DNA of 64,000 nt. Origin: an uncultured Acidobacteriota bacterium. GTDB lineage: Bacteria; Acidobacteriota; Thermoanaerobaculia; Multivoradales; JAHEKO01. A program made the translations under genes and the position numbers. Location: positions 192,001 to 256,000 of the forward strand of contig CAVQNG010000014.1 in assembly GCA_963713825.1 (NCBI GenBank), read 5' to 3'. The notes under the pieces were generated by a model. That model ran no database searches, was not told where the DNA came from, and saw only the letters and a list, made by a program, of their open reading frames with translations. Of the stretch, positions 31,745-42,697 are shown in pieces; position 1 is the first letter of the stretch; each line of letters begins with the position of its first letter.

Positions 31745-32800
31745 TCAGTGGCCGCCCACGGAAGCCGGGCTGTAGGACATCCCGTCGGGCTCCCTACCGG
31801 CCCGAAGCAGATCCTTGACGACCAGATCCCCGGTCTGGATGACGACAACGGCATCAGCCTGAGTTGCAGCTACCCAGGCGATGTCGCCGGCGGGATGGAT
31901 GACCAGGCCGACCGGTACCGGACTCTCACCGAAGGTGTCACCGAAGAGGCGGCTGCTGGCATCCGGGACGGTACTCAGGTCCAACTTGCGTCGCACCAAC
32001 TCTTGGCGTGCCTCGACGTCGAATACCACGACTTCGCCAGCTCGAGCGACAGAGACGAGGGCTCGGGTACCGTCAGGGGTCATGGCCACCCGAATCGGAA
32101 AACCATCACAGGCAACAGTCTCCCGAACTTCGAGGCTCCGCGAATCGAGAATACTGATGGTGTCTGCGGCTCGATTGGTGACCCAGACTTCGCTACCGTC
32201 CGGGGTGACTGCGATCCCTTCGGCTCCTTCGCCGGTCACCAGGTCCGCCAGCTTGGTGCCCGTTGCGAGATCGATGGCGGTGACGGTTCCGGACCCGATG
32301 CTGGCGACGAAGGCGCGCTCACCGTCCGGAGTAACCGCCACCATGTGCGAGATCTCCTGTCCTGTGAACACCTGTTCGAGGACAGTGCCCGCCTGGATGT
32401 CGACGACCAGAAGATGGGCGCTGCCCTCGGTGGTCACCGCGACTCGGTTGCCGCCGATCCAAGCCAGGCCATGAGGCCTCGAGTGTTCCCCGAGATCGAC
32501 GGTGCGCAGAACCTTGGCGGCAGGGATATCGACGACTGTCAGGCTCGAGCCGGGCTGTTCTCGATTGCCGTAGTTGCTGATGACAGCCAGCTCCCCGTCC
32601 TCTGAGACCGCGATTTCGTGAGGCGCCGTGCCGGTGGGCAGAGTCGCCTTCGACTTTCCCGACTCTAGATCGATCAGATCGACCGTGTTGTCGGTTTTGT
32701 TTGCCACCAGGAGAGTCTGAGCTGCACTACCGGAGGGCAACAAGATGGTGGCAGAAAGGATCGCTGCTGCGAGCACTGAAAGACGCGTCGATCGCTGCAT
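31745..32800 (-). CDS. Secreted YVTN/YncE beta-propeller protein
   Basis: Signal peptide; repeats PHEIAVSEDG, SHMVAVTPDG, AEGIAVTPDG, PIRVAMTPDG. Confidence 0.88.
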   Translation of the reverse strand: MQRSTRLSVLAAAILSATILLPSGSAAQTLLVANKTDNTVDLIDLESGKSKATLPTGTAPHEIAVSEDGELAVISNYGNREQPGSSLTVVDIPAAKVLRTVDLGEHSRPHGLAWIGGNRVAVTTEGSAHLLVVDIQAGTVLEQVFTGQEISHMVAVTPDGERAFVASIGSGTVTAIDLATGTKLADLVTGEGAEGIAVTPDGSEVWVTNRAADTISILDSRSLEVRETVACDGFPIRVAMTPDGTRALVSVARAGEVVVFDVEARQELVRRKLDLSTVPDASSRLFGDTFGESPVPVGLVIHPAGDIAWVAATQADAVVVIQTGDLVVKDLLRAGREPDGMSYSPASVGGH

Positions 32801-32982
32801 GAGAGGCTCCAGGTTGCATTGAGCAGAGGGTTGCTGTCACATTCAAGTCGTGTTTGTCCCAAGAAGGTCGGGGGTGTAATCCTAGCTGATCGTGGCTTCG
32901 AAGCAGTCTCGAGATCCGTCGGCTGTCGATGGGAGTAGACTTTAGGCGAACGACTCGGCGTTGCAAGACAAGGAGATCGGAG

Positions 32983-33693
32983 ATGGCGACCAAGCTTGCA
33001 CAAGGTAACCGGGACATTGCCAGATTGGTGGAGAAGCAGCTCCGAAACTGGGAGCTGAGTAGGCAGCAGCGGCCGACGACTGAGATGGCAGTGCCCCAAC
33101 AGGCAGAGGACTTTGTCTGCATATCCAGGCAGGTGGGAATCCACGGGGAGGAGGTGGCTGCAAGAGTCGGTGCAGCGCTGGGCTGGCCGGTGTTCGGCCG
33201 CGAGGTGCTGGAGGCCATGGCCGGCAACGACGAGCACCGGCGCCACATCTACGCCTCGATGGACGAGCGGGATCTGAGTTGGTGGGAGGAGACCCTGAGA
33301 TCGCTGATGGAGGGCGAGTTCGTCAGGAACGACTACTACCGTCGCCTATGCGAAACGCTGCTGTCGCTGGCAAGTCGGGTCAATACGGTCTTTCTGGGTC
33401 GGGGAGCCGATCTGATCCTGCCACAGGAGCGTGGTTTCCGGGCTCGCCTGGTAGCCCCTGAGTCGGAGCGTGTTCGTCAGTTCGCTGCGATGGCGGATCT
33501 CCCTCTCGACCAGGCAGGGTCGGAATTGAGACGGATCGGGCAGGAGCGAACCCGGTTCTTCCACCGGCACTTCGGAGTCGGCCCCGACGATCCCATGCGT
33601 TACGACATCACCCTCAACCTGGCTCGGCTCTCTCTCGACCAGGCGGCCGAGATCATTCTCCAGGCCCGAGCTCTCCAACGGGGCGAGAGCTGA
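32983..33693 (+). CDS. Cytidylate kinase-like family protein
   Basis: CISRQVG..G, LGRGA, RLVAP..RV, YDITLN; SD AAGGAG. Confidence 0.85.
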   Translation: MATKLAQGNRDIARLVEKQLRNWELSRQQRPTTEMAVPQQAEDFVCISRQVGIHGEEVAARVGAALGWPVFGREVLEAMAGNDEHRRHIYASMDERDLSWWEETLRSLMEGEFVRNDYYRRLCETLLSLASRVNTVFLGRGADLILPQERGFRARLVAPESERVRQFAAMADLPLDQAGSELRRIGQERTRFFHRHFGVGPDDPMRYDITLNLARLSLDQAAEIILQARALQRGES

Positions 33694-33740
33694 GATCGCC
33701 TGCAGATAGTCCGGTCGGGCCTGAGGCGGGCAACACTCCT

Positions 33741-34904
33741 GTGGGTCGAGACGGTGATCAGCCGGGTACCGGCGATGGTGGACTGCTTTTCAGTCTGACC
33801 CGCGGTGCGACGATCGTCAGCCCGAATCGGTCCTGCTCGATGACCTTCGACCGAGAGGGTCGGCTGCATCTCTATTTCAGGCAGGGTTCGACCTACAAGC
33901 GTAGCTTGGCGAGCGAGCTCCACCTGCGGTTTCAGGAGCAAGGACGGCAACGAAGAGAGCTCTCCTCCGATGCCGCCAGGGAGGTCTTCAACGAGGCGTA
34001 TGGTCTGGCGCTAGAGGTTGCAGGTCGGGCGGATGGAGAATTGAGATCCCGTCTGCACGACGAAGTACTCCCCTGGACCGCGGCAAGACTGATGGCGGAG
34101 CGCGACAGATTCCTGTCGTGCTACCGGCCCATCTCGATTCTGCCGCCGGATCAGTATCTGTCGATCGTGCTTCAGGCAACGGAGGGCTGCAGCTGGAATC
34201 AGTGCACGTTCTGCAGCTTCTACATGGACCGGCCGTTCAGGGCGCGCTCGGTTGACGAGTTTCGCGACCATGCGAAAGGAGTGAAGAGGCTTCTCGGCAG
34301 GGGTATCGAGCTGCGCCGGGGGATCTTCCTGGCCGACGGCAACGCATTGGCACTGTCACTGAGACGGCTGGAGCCGATGGTCCGAGTCGCTCACGAGGTT
34401 CTTCCGAACAGATCTCTCTTCGGGTTCGTCGATCTCTTCAGTGGCGAGCGGCGACCAGCCGAACACTGGAATCGCCTTGCCACACTGGGGCTCGAGCGGG
34501 TCTATATCGGCATGGAGACTGGCCTCGACGAGCTTCTGAAGGTCGTCAACAAGCCCGGTTCTGCGGCCGAGTTGGTCGATTTTGTGGCTGAGCTGAAGGC
34601 TGCCTCCCTGAGTGTATGTCTGATCGTCATGGTTGGGCTGGGTGGACGCGATTACAGGTCCGAGCACGCACGGGCTAGCCTCGAGGTGTTGAAGCGACTC
34701 GCTCTCGACGAGCGTGATCTGGTCTACCTCTCTCCTTTCGTCGAGCAGTCTGCAGGCGTGGGGGGCTCGGTGCCGCTGGTTGAGAGGGGCCTGACACCGA
34801 TGACCGAGTCCGAGATCGAAACCGAAGTGGAGGACTGGGCCAGGCGAATTCGGAGGATGGGTCTGAAGACGAGCCGGTATGACATCCGTGAGTTCATCTA
34901 CTGA
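33741..34904 (+). CDS. Radical SAM protein of unknown function
   Basis: LQATEGCSWNQCTFC Fe-S Cys motif, FLADGNAL, YIGMETG. Confidence 0.88.
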   Translation: MGRDGDQPGTGDGGLLFSLTRGATIVSPNRSCSMTFDREGRLHLYFRQGSTYKRSLASELHLRFQEQGRQRRELSSDAAREVFNEAYGLALEVAGRADGELRSRLHDEVLPWTAARLMAERDRFLSCYRPISILPPDQYLSIVLQATEGCSWNQCTFCSFYMDRPFRARSVDEFRDHAKGVKRLLGRGIELRRGIFLADGNALALSLRRLEPMVRVAHEVLPNRSLFGFVDLFSGERRPAEHWNRLATLGLERVYIGMETGLDELLKVVNKPGSAAELVDFVAELKAASLSVCLIVMVGLGGRDYRSEHARASLEVLKRLALDERDLVYLSPFVEQSAGVGGSVPLVERGLTPMTESEIETEVEDWARRIRRMGLKTSRYDIREFIY

Positions 34905-35058
34905 CCTGCCGACTTCGGTAGGTCAGAGCTTCGGGCCGGGAATCGCTGTTGGTTAGGATGCGATCCCCGATTCTTGCCGCCCCGGCCCTTGCCTTGGGCG
35001 TTATGGGACGGTAAGTTGAGCGACAGCGTTTCTTCTTCCAGCAGTAGGAGTCAGTGAG

Positions 35059-36933
35059 ATGAGTGCAGAAACCCCTCTTCCCCGTGAGATGAAACCATCC
35101 CGCTATATCGAAAAGGTGAGTCTCATCACCGGTGAGACTCTCGACGAGGAGATTCTCCCGAAGCACTTGCTGGTCCAGCACCATCGCGACTACCACCTGG
35201 TGGACATTCACGCGCGTCACATGATGAGTCGCGTCGTCCGTGAGACAGGAAGTCCGGATGAGGCACGCAAGAGGATGCGCGAGGTGCGGCGCAAGGGCCA
35301 GAAAGCGGCCGAAGTTGTGGCGAGACTGATTGGCCAGTCGGACTCCTCCAAGGTATCGAAAGCGCTATTCGGGCTGAAAGAAAAGGAGTACTACTTCCGT
35401 TTCAAGAAGTCTCAGGGCGAGGAAGAAGATATCGATCGGCGACTGCTAGAGCTTCGTGAGGAAGCTGCAGCCCAACTAGAGAAAGTCTCGGTTGAGGGGA
35501 GGCTGGCTCTGCGGGTCCTGCTGACGGGCGGTACCGGCTTCGTAGGCAAGGAGATCATCTGGCAGGCGGCTCACGACGATGACATCGAAGAGTTGATCGT
35601 CGTGATTCGGCCTCGGCGGATCCTCGATCGCAAGACTGGGGAAGTGGTGAAGACGGTGAGCCCGGCCGAGCGAGGGGAGCGGCTTCTCGATCGACTGTGG
35701 CTCGAGACGCCCGAAGCGCGTGCCAAATTCACCTTCGTGGAAGGCGATGTGGAGCAGCCGAATCTGGGTATCGACGACCAGGTCCTGGAGGAGAAGGGGC
35801 CGAGCATCACCCATGTCGTGCACTGTGCAGCTAGCGTCGCCTTCGACGACCCCTACGAGAAGTCGTTCCGCACCAATGTGATGGGGACTCTCAATGCCTT
35901 GCAGTTCTCCAAGGACCTGCAGTCGCTGAAAGAAAGCTCCTTCGTGGCCCATCTGGGCATCGAGACCTCCTACATCCACGGCCGCAAAGTGACGGGTCTT
36001 GCTCGGGAAGCTCAGGTGGTCTTTCCGCGCAACTTCTACAACAACTACTACGAAGCCACCAAGGCGATGGCCTCCTTCGACACCGAGCGGTTCATGCTGG
36101 AGCAGGGCTTGCGCGTCGTGCAGCTGTGTCCAGCCATTGTGATTGGAGAGACTCGGGCCGGTAACAACCGGGGAGATTCGAAGGTTGTGAATGCTCCCGT
36201 CAACCTGTTCGGCCGGGCGCAAGAGGCACTGACCTCTCAAGAAGGAAGTTGGATGGACCGCTCCAAGGGGGCAATGCTGGCCAAGATGGCCTGCGTGTTT
36301 CCGGCCGACCCTACGGCGGAGCTCAACCTGGTGCCGGTGGATCGAGTCGTGGCGGGAATTCTGGCCGCCTTGAAGAAGCCGGGCGCAGTGGGCGAGAGGA
36401 TCCACCTGGCTGGCGACCATCGGATCACCTCACACCAGATCGCCCAGATCGTGCAGGAAGAATTGGGAGTCAAGGTGAAGCTGGCGGAACCGACGCTACA
36501 CCGGACCGTCACCCTGCCGATTGTGACGAAGGTCTTGAAGACCGCGAAGCAGGACACGATTGCCAACGCTTTGGACAAGCTTGGCACCATATTCGCCGGC
36601 TACAGCGAGTGGGGACAACCGATCCACCAGGTCGGCAACGACGTGAAAGTTCTGGGATTGCCGACGCCACGCCCCAATACCGAGCATGTCTTCCGTCTCC
36701 TTTGCCGGCACAATCGCTTCGTCCAGGAGTTCGGAAAAGTACGCGATCTGGATGAGATTTCTCGGCGGGAGAAAGCCTGGTGGGAGTTCATGTTGGGATT
36801 GGAGAGTGAGACTGGAATGCCGGTCGGAGCCATACCGGCCGACAAGTTCCACGTCATGATGGCCGAGCGACTCGATATCGAGAGCTTCACTCCGCAGACC
36901 AGTAGGACGATCGACCCTAGCCAGGGGGGTTGA
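35059..36933 (+). CDS. Fatty acyl-CoA reductase-like extended SDR with ~150-aa N-terminal extension
   Basis: LLTGGTGFVGK, GDVEQPNLG, HCAASVAFD, NYYEATKA (YxxxK), LVPVDRV. Confidence 0.78.
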   Translation: MSAETPLPREMKPSRYIEKVSLITGETLDEEILPKHLLVQHHRDYHLVDIHARHMMSRVVRETGSPDEARKRMREVRRKGQKAAEVVARLIGQSDSSKVSKALFGLKEKEYYFRFKKSQGEEEDIDRRLLELREEAAAQLEKVSVEGRLALRVLLTGGTGFVGKEIIWQAAHDDDIEELIVVIRPRRILDRKTGEVVKTVSPAERGERLLDRLWLETPEARAKFTFVEGDVEQPNLGIDDQVLEEKGPSITHVVHCAASVAFDDPYEKSFRTNVMGTLNALQFSKDLQSLKESSFVAHLGIETSYIHGRKVTGLAREAQVVFPRNFYNNYYEATKAMASFDTERFMLEQGLRVVQLCPAIVIGETRAGNNRGDSKVVNAPVNLFGRAQEALTSQEGSWMDRSKGAMLAKMACVFPADPTAELNLVPVDRVVAGILAALKKPGAVGERIHLAGDHRITSHQIAQIVQEELGVKVKLAEPTLHRTVTLPIVTKVLKTAKQDTIANALDKLGTIFAGYSEWGQPIHQVGNDVKVLGLPTPRPNTEHVFRLLCRHNRFVQEFGKVRDLDEISRREKAWWEFMLGLESETGMPVGAIPADKFHVMMAERLDIESFTPQTSRTIDPSQGG

Positions 36934-36961
36934 GCTCTGGACGGGGCCCAGTTTCAGCTGC

Positions 36962-37786
36962 TCAATCGCGGTGTTCGCCCGAGTGGCCCGACCAGGACTT
37001 CATTCCGGTGGTGACTCCCATCAAGTCGGCCAATCCATCCGAGAGGAACCGGGGCAGGACTCCCTTCAAGAGTGGAGTGAGCTTGACCAACCAGGGCTCG
37101 AGAACCAGATCCTGGCCCTCCAGGATCGCGGTTCTCACCTTGTCGACCAGCTCTTCGGGCTTGAGAAAGGGCATCATGAGCGGGGGCTGGACGCCCTCGA
37201 ACATCCCTGTGTCGACGTAGCCTGGGCAGACGGTCGTGACCCCGACGTGGTCGTGACCTAGTTCCTTCATCTCCTGACGGATCGATTCGGTGAATCCCAG
37301 TACGGCCCATTTGCTGGAAGCGTAGGTCGAGCCCCAGGGAAGAGCCACGAGCGCGGATGCGCTGCCGATGTTCACGAGATGGCCTTCCTCGGCGGCGATC
37401 AGATCCGGTAGGAAGTTGTAGGTCATGGCTACGACCCCCTCGACGTTGACACGGTAGGTGAGGAGGTGCTTCTCGAGCGGCAGCTCTAGGAAAGGCCCAC
37501 CAAAGACGACTCCTGCGTTGTTGACAAGAACATCGATCGGGCCGATCTGGTCGTGCACGGTCTGTCGAAACTCGCCAAGGGAATCGGTGTCGGTGACGTC
37601 CACCGTAAAGACCGAGCACGTGAGCCCCTCTTGTTGGAGGCTTTCGCGGGCTCTCTCGAGCTCGGCGGTGTCGAGGTCGGCAAGGAGGAGCTGGCTGCCG
37701 TCCTGTCCCAGTCGTCGAGCGATGGAATAGCCGATACCGCGAGCTCCACCGGTGATGAGAATCAGCTTGTCACGGAGGCTCTTCAT
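36962..37786 (-). CDS. Classical short-chain dehydrogenase/reductase
   Basis: TGGARGIG, NNAG, YASSK, CPGYVDTGMF. Confidence 0.93.
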   Translation of the reverse strand: MKSLRDKLILITGGARGIGYSIARRLGQDGSQLLLADLDTAELERARESLQQEGLTCSVFTVDVTDTDSLGEFRQTVHDQIGPIDVLVNNAGVVFGGPFLELPLEKHLLTYRVNVEGVVAMTYNFLPDLIAAEEGHLVNIGSASALVALPWGSTYASSKWAVLGFTESIRQEMKELGHDHVGVTTVCPGYVDTGMFEGVQPPLMMPFLKPEELVDKVRTAILEGQDLVLEPWLVKLTPLLKGVLPRFLSDGLADLMGVTTGMKSWSGHSGEHRD

Positions 37787-37938
37787 ATCCAATCTCCCAC
37801 TTGTGTGATTGCATGTCGGAGCAACGGAACCTGGTCGATTCAGCCTAGCATGACGGCGGGCGATCGGTGACCCAGTCGGGCCCGATTGGAATGCGCTAGA
37901 CTCGATGAGAGACTGCCACCACCCGAAAGGAAGAAGAA

Positions 37939-40149
37939 GTGAAAGACGTTCTTGTTGTCGATCTAGACGAGGGCGCCGAGGTTCTGGAGCTGTCTTTCCG
38001 AGGTGAGGATGTGCGTCTGGAGCGTCGCGGATGTTCCGGTGACCTGACTGCAGCCGCCAGCCTGATCGCGGCTTTCGATGGCAAGGTGGATGTGATCGCG
38101 CTCGACGGCGTGCCCCTCCATCTCGAGCTGGGAGCGGCGTCTCGACCCTACGCGCCTGCCTCCGGTCTGGCGACGGCCGCCTCCCGGACGCCTCTTGTCG
38201 ATGGCTCTGGCATTCGTTCCGCGCTCGAGCGCTGGAGTGTCACTCTCGTCGATCGAGCAGAACCAGGGATCTTCAGCCAGAAACGCATCCTGATGGTGCC
38301 GGGCCTGAACCACGTCGGGCTGACGCAGGCGCTGGCGCGCCGGTCACCGCATCTGAGATTCGCGGATCCGGAGGTGTTCTTTGGGCTGCCGAATCTGCCT
38401 GGGGTCGGGAGCCAGCACACGCTGCATCAAACCGAGAACCTGGTTCTGAGCCGTTTGCAGAGTGCCAGTGTGTCGCGGCTCGTTCCTGTGCCGGGCGAAG
38501 AGCCTGGTCTGGAGACTTCGGCCCGTTTTCGGTGGGCGGACCTGCTCGCCGGTGATGTCCGCATGATCCGGCGATACGCGCCGTCGAATTTACGGCACAG
38601 GACGGTAGTGGTGCCTTATGCAACATCGGAGGACATCGAGGATCTAGCCGAGCGTGGGGTGTCGATTCTGGTAACCCTGATGCCCGCTGTTGGGCCGGCG
38701 ACGGATCTCGCAGGGCTATCGGCAGCAGTGGTCGAGGCTCTCTGCGTGGCCACCATCGATCGACCTCATCTCGAATCTTCCGAAGGCACCTATCTGAATC
38801 TCCTGGCCGAGTTGGATTGGCGACCTGGGATTCGATACCTGCAGGACGAGGAGGCTGGAGTCAATCGATTCGCTTTCGTCCTTCACCCTCTCAACGTAGA
38901 TCAGATTCATCAGCACCCGTCCTTTCGCTGGACCAGGCACCTGCCGGACGCTCTGGTAGAGAACGTTGCTGCCTACCTGCCACCTTTCTATATCTCTCGG
39001 ATCACGGGTGCACAATCCCCGACGACGCAACAGCGGGTCGAAGGGCATCTCATCAGTCTGGGGGCGACTCCGAAGCAGATGCTGAGGAGGGGTGAGCGCT
39101 TCACCTACGCTCGTCTGAACCAGGCCGCGCGGCTGGCGGAACGTCTTGGTTGCAGGATCATGGGACTGGGAGCATTCACGAGCGTGGTCGGTGACGCAGG
39201 AGTCACCGTGGCCCATGAAACCGACATCGCGGTCACCAGCGGCAACAGCCTGACCGTCGCGGCGACGCTGGAAGCCGCCAAGCGAGCGGCCGTTCGAATG
39301 GGCCTGACCGACCTGACCCGTGGTCGCGCGATGATCATCGGGGCTACGGGCTCTATCGGTTCCGTGTGTTCCCGACTCATCGCCCAGGCCATCAAGGACG
39401 TCGTCCTGGTTTCCATCGAGCCTGAGAAACTAATCGATCTCAGGCGCACCATCGAGTCTGAGACGCCCGGCGTTCGGGTGAGCATTGCGACCAGGCCAGG
39501 AGGCTTGGTCGAGGACTGCGACCTGATCGTCACTGCGACATCGGCTTTCGGCCAGCGCATCCTGGATATCTCCGACTGCAAACCAGGGGCGATCATCTGC
39601 GATGTCGCCCGACCACCGGATATCAGCGAGGCCGAAGCGGCCCTGCGCCCCGACTTGTTGATCATCGAAAGCGGTGAGGTCTATCTGCCCGGCGAAGTGG
39701 ATTTTGGCTATGACATCGGCTTGCCGCCGAAGACGGCGTACGCCTGTCTCGCGGAAACGGCACTACTGGCCATGGAGGGCCGTTTCGAGGACTACACTCT
39801 CGGACGGTACATCGAGATGGACCGGGTCAAGGAGATCTTCAGGCTGTTCAAGAAACACCAACTGGAGATCGCTGGCCTGCGCTCCTTCGGTCATCTGCTG
39901 ACCGAGGAGGATTTCTGTCGCCGACGGGAGCTTGCCGACCGGCTTGGAGAAGATCCAGCCGGATTTGCTGCAGTTCGAGCCGCAGCGCGAACCGGCCTGG
40001 AGCGGATTCCCCGGACGTCCAAAGGGGTGAAGGGGGACAACTCGAGTTCAGCAGTCGGGTGGATTGCCGCTGCGGGAGCTGTGGGTATTGCTGGGTTCTG
40101 GCTGGGGCGTCGCCGCCGGAAGAGAAGATCGACAGTCTCTCGAACCTGA
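37939..40149 (+). CDS. Two-module protein: uncharacterised N-terminal half + acyl-ACP reductase (AAR)-like half + C-terminal membrane anchor
   Basis: [43 protein letters not shown] (catalytic-Cys position), YTLGR; tail [23 protein letters not shown]. Confidence 0.72.
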   Translation: MKDVLVVDLDEGAEVLELSFRGEDVRLERRGCSGDLTAAASLIAAFDGKVDVIALDGVPLHLELGAASRPYAPASGLATAASRTPLVDGSGIRSALERWSVTLVDRAEPGIFSQKRILMVPGLNHVGLTQALARRSPHLRFADPEVFFGLPNLPGVGSQHTLHQTENLVLSRLQSASVSRLVPVPGEEPGLETSARFRWADLLAGDVRMIRRYAPSNLRHRTVVVPYATSEDIEDLAERGVSILVTLMPAVGPATDLAGLSAAVVEALCVATIDRPHLESSEGTYLNLLAELDWRPGIRYLQDEEAGVNRFAFVLHPLNVDQIHQHPSFRWTRHLPDALVENVAAYLPPFYISRITGAQSPTTQQRVEGHLISLGATPKQMLRRGERFTYARLNQAARLAERLGCRIMGLGAFTSVVGDAGVTVAHETDIAVTSGNSLTVAATLEAAKRAAVRMGLTDLTRGRAMIIGATGSIGSVCSRLIAQAIKDVVLVSIEPEKLIDLRRTIESETPGVRVSIATRPGGLVEDCDLIVTATSAFGQRILDISDCKPGAIICDVARPPDISEAEAALRPDLLIIESGEVYLPGEVDFGYDIGLPPKTAYACLAETALLAMEGRFEDYTLGRYIEMDRVKEIFRLFKKHQLEIAGLRSFGHLLTEEDFCRRRELADRLGEDPAGFAAVRAAARTGLERIPRTSKGVKGDNSSSAVGWIAAAGAVGIAGFWLGRRRRKRRSTVSRT

Positions 40150-40175
40150 TTGCAGTGCGCCTGATCCAAGCCGGA

Positions 40176-42563
40176 TCAGAGGTCGTCGAGAACTTCGCGG
40201 ACCTTGTTGGCCAGGCCGTCGGGAGTGAAGGGCTTCTCCAGAAAATTGGTTTCCGGATCGAGCTCGCCGTGGTGAGTCAGGACATCGTCGCTGTGTCCAG
40301 AGACGAACAGGACTCTGAGGTCGGGCCGGGCGGCCAGCGCCTCTTCGGCGAGTTTGGCGCCGCTCATTCCGGGCATGATTACGTCCGTCAGCAGGAGGTG
40401 AAGTGGGTCCTGCATTCCGTCGAGCATCCGCAGAGCCTGGTCACCATTGGCCGCCGCGATGACGCGGTAACCGATGTTCTCCAAGATCTTGCTTGCCAGG
40501 GTTCTCACACCGTCCTCGTCTTCGACGAGGAGGATGGTCTCTGTACCCGGGGAGTGGCCCGTCTGTTCAGTCACTGGCCGCTCCTGAGTCGTAGCCTTGT
40601 CGATGCGTGGTAGGTAGATCCTGAATCGGGTTCCCTTGTTGGGCTCGCTGTCGACCCAGATGTATCCGCCGCTCTGCTTGACGATGCCGTAGACCGTGGA
40701 CAGGCCGAGACCCGTTCCCTTGCCTACTTCCTTCGTGGTGAAGAAGGGCTCGAAGATCCTGGACTGATCGTGGGTTGGTATGCCTCGGCCGGTATCGGTG
40801 ACGGCCAGCATCGAGTAGGGACCTTCGATGACTTCGTAGTTGCCGTCGCTGTAGCTCGGATCCAGTCGCTCATTGGCGGTCTCGATGGTGAGGCGGCCGC
40901 CGTCGGGCATCGCATCTCGAGCGTTGACCGCCAGATTGACCAGAACGAGCTCCAACTGACTGGGGTCTGCCTTGACCCAATCGAGCACGGGCTCGAGCTC
41001 GGTTTCCAGCTCGATGTTCTCGCCGACGAGCCGGCGCAGCATGTTACTCATGTCGCAAACGACGGTATTGAAGGTCAAGACCTCCGGCACCATCATCTGC
41101 TTCCGGCTGAATGCCAACAGCTGCCGGGTGAGGGAGGCGGCGCGGCGAGCCGCCTTGCTGACCTCGTCGATCTGCCCACGCAGCTCGTCTCTGGGCGACA
41201 GCTCCCTGGCCATGAGCTCGACGTTGCCGATGATGACGGTCAGCAGATTGTTGAAATCGTGTGCGATTCCGCCAGCCAACTGACCGACGGCTTCCAAGCG
41301 CTGAGCGCGTCTCAAACGCTCTTCGCTTTCCACCAGTGCTTCCTGAGCGTCCTTCCAGGAGGAGATGTCTCTAGCGACTCCCAGGACAGCCTTGGGTCGG
41401 CCCTGGTCGTCCCTGAGCAGGGTCATCTTGACTTCGCACCAGAGGGGAGCTCCGTTCTTGTGGACCAGCTCGAGGTCCAGGGTCCGAGTGCGGGAATTGC
41501 CGGTCTCGATTTCCTGCTCGAACCGCAGCTCCTCCAGCAGCGTGTCCCGGGCCAGTGGGAAGGAACCCGGAGCCAGGAGCTGACTGAGGTCGAGGCCAGG
41601 AACTTCGCCAGGCTCGTAGCCGAGAAGCCTCCGGATCGAGGGACTGACGTAGGTGATCTGTTGATCCAAGTCCATTGTCCAGATGACGTCAGAGATGGCT
41701 TCGGTGAGCAGAAGGTAGCGCTCTTCGCTCTGCCGCAGTTTCTCTTCGGCTCGCCGTCGCTCGGAGATATCGCGGCCGACGGATTGAATCTCTACGAGGA
41801 TCCCCTCCTCATCGAAGATTCCTTGATCCATCCATTCCTGCCAATAGACGATGCCATCGGCGGTGACGACGCGGTGTTCGTCCATCGCAGTAGGTTTTGT
41901 GGCCGACAGACCTGCGATCTTGGCTCGGACGGTGTGGCGGTCCCGCTCATGGACTCGAGGGAAGAGGCTTGTTCCGAGAATCGCGTCCCGAGGCTGATCG
42001 AAGAATCGGCAGTACGCATCGTTGACGAACGTATGAGTGCCGTCGGGAAGCCACCTGACGATGAACTCGGTCTGCGTCTCGATGAGACTTCGATACCGTG
42101 CCTCGCTGCGCTTGAGGGCACGAATGGTGTGCCTTTGCTCGGTGACATTGCTGCAGCTGACTGCAAGCGCGCTCAGCCCCGGCTCGGTGAGGACAGGTGC
42201 GACGCGGACCTCCAGGCTCCAGATGCGTCCGTTCTCGGTCCGGTACTCGATTTCGCAACGATCCTGGATCTTTCGGTCGATGACTCTCTGCAGGCAACTG
42301 TTCAGGTCGTTGCGAAAGCGGATCGGCAGAAGAGAGGCGATCCTGTGGCCGACCATCTGTTCCATCGACAGGTCTGGGAATGGACGGTTGGCGGCCAGAA
42401 TCGTACCTTCCAGATCGAGAAGAAGGAGGAAGTCCGGTGCGTGATCGGAGAGCGCTCGCCTTTCTCGATGGGCCCAGTCGGAGCCCGGATGACTCGGGGA
42501 CCGCGATGAGTCGTCGGAACGCGCACCGTTCGGGGCGCTCGAGCTGTAGGTACCGTTGCTCAT
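40176..42563 (-). CDS. Cytoplasmic hybrid histidine kinase (3 PAS + HisKA + HATPase + receiver)
   Basis: PAS/PAC repeats, LAGGIAHDFNNLL, NARDAM, FFTTKEVGKGTGLGL, ILLVEDE...TDVIMP...KPF; start uncertain. Confidence 0.93.
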   Translation of the reverse strand: MSNGTYSSSAPNGARSDDSSRSPSHPGSDWAHRERRALSDHAPDFLLLLDLEGTILAANRPFPDLSMEQMVGHRIASLLPIRFRNDLNSCLQRVIDRKIQDRCEIEYRTENGRIWSLEVRVAPVLTEPGLSALAVSCSNVTEQRHTIRALKRSEARYRSLIETQTEFIVRWLPDGTHTFVNDAYCRFFDQPRDAILGTSLFPRVHERDRHTVRAKIAGLSATKPTAMDEHRVVTADGIVYWQEWMDQGIFDEEGILVEIQSVGRDISERRRAEEKLRQSEERYLLLTEAISDVIWTMDLDQQITYVSPSIRRLLGYEPGEVPGLDLSQLLAPGSFPLARDTLLEELRFEQEIETGNSRTRTLDLELVHKNGAPLWCEVKMTLLRDDQGRPKAVLGVARDISSWKDAQEALVESEERLRRAQRLEAVGQLAGGIAHDFNNLLTVIIGNVELMARELSPRDELRGQIDEVSKAARRAASLTRQLLAFSRKQMMVPEVLTFNTVVCDMSNMLRRLVGENIELETELEPVLDWVKADPSQLELVLVNLAVNARDAMPDGGRLTIETANERLDPSYSDGNYEVIEGPYSMLAVTDTGRGIPTHDQSRIFEPFFTTKEVGKGTGLGLSTVYGIVKQSGGYIWVDSEPNKGTRFRIYLPRIDKATTQERPVTEQTGHSPGTETILLVEDEDGVRTLASKILENIGYRVIAAANGDQALRMLDGMQDPLHLLLTDVIMPGMSGAKLAEEALAARPDLRVLFVSGHSDDVLTHHGELDPETNFLEKPFTPDGLANKVREVLDDL

Positions 42564-42697
42564 GCTTGTTCCAGGCTGCAGGAACCCGTCCCTAGGTCCC
42601 TTTTGACCAGGCGGGGTCGCGCGGCACTGCTTCTCCAACTGTCTACCACGGCGATGGGCAGACCGCTATGGATTGCTCTACAGACTGGTTTGGAAAG

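Noticed and set aside
40770-42509. Long antisense ORFs (also 8052-9383, 45170-46534, 51223-52704, 26056-27156, 17484-18515, and the alternative-strand 31580-32605)
   Set aside because: They shadow well-supported genes on the opposite strand, have no motifs, and are expected in GC-rich DNA
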